Shown here: piece after piece, positions 61,550 through 64,000 of the stretch
Layout of the letters: each line of letters starts with the position of its first letter
Position numbering within the stretch: position 1 is the stretch's first letter
Source: Promethearchaeota archaeon
GTDB lineage: Archaea > Asgardarchaeota > Lokiarchaeia > Sigyniarchaeales > SOKP01
DNA length: 64,000 bases
Assembly: GCA_016839555.1 (NCBI GenBank)
Contig: JAEOUA010000010.1
Coordinates: 64,001-128,000 of the forward strand
Direction of reading: 5' to 3'
The notes under the pieces: generated by a model
Database searches by the model: none
Told to the model about the DNA's origin: nothing
Seen by the model: only the letters and a program-made list of their open reading frames with translations
Made by a program: the position numbers and the translations under genes

Positions 61550-62182
61550 ATGGTTTCAGATAAAAAAAAGATTAATCGCGTTTTAGATTTCTTGAGAAAA
61601 GGGCTCACAAGTTTATCAGATGAATTAAGTGATGCCGTTAAGAATATTAACGATTTTATCGATTCCCTACAAAAAGCTGAGAAAGATCTGATAGGTATAT
61701 CTGTCTCAGAAGCAGTTCAAACAGTCAGTACTTCATCTAAACAAGTAGTCACCACTGCAAGCAATGCTAAGGTATCTGCTGCAAGTACTTTATTTAATTT
61801 GCTAAGTGGGGGGAGATCTTCTCCAGCTGCTCCGACAACCGCCAGTTTAGCGCCTGTCGCGGGACCACCGAAAGCACCCGCTGCTGGACCTCCAAAGGCA
61901 CCCGCTGCTGGACCTCCAAAACCACCTACCGCCGGACCTCCGAAAGCACCCGCTGCTGGACCTCCAAAACCACCTACCGCCGGACCACCGAGCGTGCCTG
62001 CCTCAGGTCCACCAAAAGCCCCTGTGACTCCTCCTAAGCCTCCTGTTGCTGGACCACCGAGTGCACCAACTACATCTGCCACACCTTCTACAACCCAAGT
62101 TGAAGGAGGAGGACTTTCTTCTCTCCGAGATGAAATGTTGGGTGAATTGGAAAGACTTAAGAAGATAATGCGTGGGGAATAA
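61550..62182 (+). CDS. Coiled-coil / proline-rich repeat / WH2-like protein
   Basis: N-terminal heptad helix, nine xGPPxxPx-type units, C-terminal LRDEMLGELERLKKI. Confidence 0.75.
   Translation: MVSDKKKINRVLDFLRKGLTSLSDELSDAVKNINDFIDSLQKAEKDLIGISVSEAVQTVSTSSKQVVTTASNAKVSAASTLFNLLSGGRSSPAAPTTASLAPVAGPPKAPAAGPPKAPAAGPPKPPTAGPPKAPAAGPPKPPTAGPPSVPASGPPKAPVTPPKPPVAGPPSAPTTSATPSTTQVEGGGLSSLRDEMLGELERLKKIMRGE
61859..62071 (+). repeat. Coding 24-bp tandem repeat (9 units) with a 48-bp higher-order duplication
   Basis: Units such as gctggacctccaaaggcacccgct; gcacccgctgctggacctccaaaaccacctaccgccggacc occurs twice. Confidence 0.9.
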
Positions 62183-62348
62183 CTAAATATCTTTTTATAA
62201 ATTTTATAAATAATGTTTAAATGTTTTATAGCTCTTTTTAAATGGAAATAATATAAAGATCAAGAAAATTCTCATTTTTATTGAAATAATTAATTTCATA
62301 GGGTATTAAAATCCGTGGGGTTAGGATTTGTCAGATAATGGAAATAAT

Positions 62349-64000
62349 ATGATACGGAGTCTATGGTATTTAAATATTAATTCCACTAATGGTGTAGCCA
62401 TAGGCAAGTGTGGGAATAAAGGAAGTAATCTTACAGATCTGGATATAACTGCTGGATTGATAACCGCCAGTCAACAGTTAAATAATGAGATGGTTAATAA
62501 TGAGGAAACCAGTAAATATCATATTGAAGAAATAAAAGGAGGTTCAAAAAGGATAACACTTTATTCTACTTGGGCTAATGAAATAAGTAAACACGATAAA
62601 ACACTTGAAATTCCTATAGTTACCTCAATGCTACAAATATCTAGTCCAGAAATGCAAGAAACAGATTATAGTAAATTACTTTTATTTTTAAGAGATTTAA
62701 ATGATCAAATAATTTACCGGTTTATACTAAGAGAATTAGTCCAAGAAAGAACAATCGACCCTATTATTCATATAGATATCTTAAATCACCTTGTTAAAAA
62801 GTATAATGTAGATCAGAAAGGAATTTTAGGAAGCACTAGCAAAAATTTAGAGCAATTAATCGAACATGTTTTAACCAATATTTTTGAAAAAAATAAAAAT
62901 ATATTAAAGATATTGCTCTCTAGAGTCCCATTACAAAGCACTTTTTTTCAACAAGAATATATTAAAAGCATACAGGGGCTTAAAAAATTCCTAAAAAACC
63001 AAATAACTGAATTTTTGATAATTGAAACGTTTTTAACTTATATAAGGGAAGAAAAAATCTATGCAGAGAAAAATTCATTTAAAAATATAAGAAACCATTA
63101 TAATGAATATCTTGATAAACAAGAAACTTATTTCCAAAATAAAACAGCATTAAACAATGCTTTAGAGCGCAGTATATTAATTTTAGAGAATTTAACACCA
63201 CAATTTGATAAATTAGCATACAAGGATAATGTAAAAGATTTTTATGAAATAAAGAAAGCTCTTCTTGAAATACCAAACATAGAGCAGTTTTTAAAAGAGA
63301 TTTATTTAGATTTTAAAAAAAATACAAGCGCACAAAAGTTTAACATAATCAAAGAGAAATCGAATTATAAAGAACTTGATGTTAATAAGGATTTAGTTAA
63401 AGAAAATATAGTATCAAAAGAGGATTCAAAAGAATCTTATAAAAAATTAAAAATATTAAAAGAAAACCTCCAAGCAATTGTTTTTCTTACTGAAAAATTA
63501 TTTAAAGCTGATACAACATCATTATTAGACAAATTAAAGAATAAATTTGAAAAGGTAATAAATCAAAATCCTAAGTTCGAAAATAAGTCAAATCAAGTTG
63601 AATCTTATTACAAAATAAAAAATACTTTAGTCCGATATAACGAATATAACCAAAGTTTGAGAAAAATTTTAACTGGAAATAACTATAGAGAAAAAGTTAG
63701 TCAAATGATGAAAAAGAGTAGAAGTAACCTTCTTACCAAACTGTTAGATGCACTTTTTTCTGAAATATTTCATTCATATAGTCATTTTAAATATGTTATT
63801 GCGTATCCTGGTGATTTTAAAAAATTTATAATTGAAAAATTAATACAACACTTAAACCAATTTCTAAAAAATATTCAAAATTTTGGCTTTGCAAATATAT
63901 TAAATGAAATCTTACGAATAATTAATCCTAATAATTTGATAAAATATTATTCAACCTGTTTGTTGAGATCTTTTTTAGCAAATTTTTTATTAGAAAATTT
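62349..64000 (+). CDS. Large protein with N-terminal longin-like domain and helical body, truncated by the window end (absent from the ORF track)
   Basis: ATG 62349 reads MIRSLWYLNINSTNGVAIG...DLDITAGLITASQQLNNEM...; no stop seen by hand translation to 64000 (at least 550 aa). Confidence 0.75.
   Translation, partial: MIRSLWYLNINSTNGVAIGKCGNKGSNLTDLDITAGLITASQQLNNEMVNNEETSKYHIEEIKGGSKRITLYSTWANEISKHDKTLEIPIVTSMLQISSPEMQETDYSKLLLFLRDLNDQIIYRFILRELVQERTIDPIIHIDILNHLVKKYNVDQKGILGSTSKNLEQLIEHVLTNIFEKNKNILKILLSRVPLQSTFFQQEYIKSIQGLKKFLKNQITEFLIIETFLTYIREEKIYAEKNSFKNIRNHYNEYLDKQETYFQNKTALNNALERSILILENLTPQFDKLAYKDNVKDFYEIKKALLEIPNIEQFLKEIYLDFKKNTSAQKFNIIKEKSNYKELDVNKDLVKENIVSKEDSKESYKKLKILKENLQAIVFLTEKLFKADTTSLLDKLKNKFEKVINQNPKFENKSNQVESYYKIKNTLVRYNEYNQSLRKILTGNNYREKVSQMMKKSRSNLLTKLLDALFSEIFHSYSHFKYVIAYPGDFKKFIIEKLIQHLNQFLKNIQNFGFANILNEILRIINPNNLIKYYSTCLLRSFLANFLLEN

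Noticed and set aside
61859-62071. Possible CRISPR array
   Set aside because: Units are contiguous, in frame and lack unique spacers; no cas genes are present
61717-62082. Gly-rich, collagen- or silk-like minus-strand ORF
   Set aside because: Antisense shadow of the Pro-rich repeat gene, which has an SD and coherent domains
1-64000. tRNA, rRNA, transposase or integrase genes
   Set aside because: No GC-rich structured RNA segment or recombinase motif was recognised by eye; tRNAscan-SE and Infernal would be needed to exclude small RNAs

Overview
Very AT-rich, gene-dense archaeal chromosome segment, most consistent with an Asgard archaeon of the Lokiarchaeia type. This assignment is inferred from rpL13e, several longin and roadblock proteins, three Rag/Arf-like GTPases and an MglA-like GTPase. 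About 60 CDSs encode anaerobic organotrophic metabolism (korDABG, thiolase-like protein, DUF35 and methylmalonyl-CoA mutase in one operon; AOR; HdrBC; GlcD/GlcF-like; FixCX-like; MtrH-like), aspartate-family amino-acid synthesis (thrC, hom with an ACT protein, an MA1821/MA1822-type homocysteine synthase with a divergent HTH-CBS regulator), transport and housekeeping. No rRNA, tRNA, CRISPR array or mobile element was recognised. Most notable are two paralogous three-domain proteins (folliculin/SMCR8/NPRL2-like longin, Rag-like GTPase, roadblock). One (17144-18601) keeps a folliculin-type DxxARG arginine-finger loop and the other (37622-39091) lacks that loop, suggesting a GAP-Rag fusion module with an active and an inactive partner. 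Also notable are a coiled-coil/proline-rich/WH2-like protein, four paralogous tetraspan membrane proteins with claudin-like topology, a thiolase lacking its nucleophilic Cys, an rpL13e-HhH fusion, and several elements missed by the ORF track. All family assignments come from motif recognition by eye; no database searches were run.
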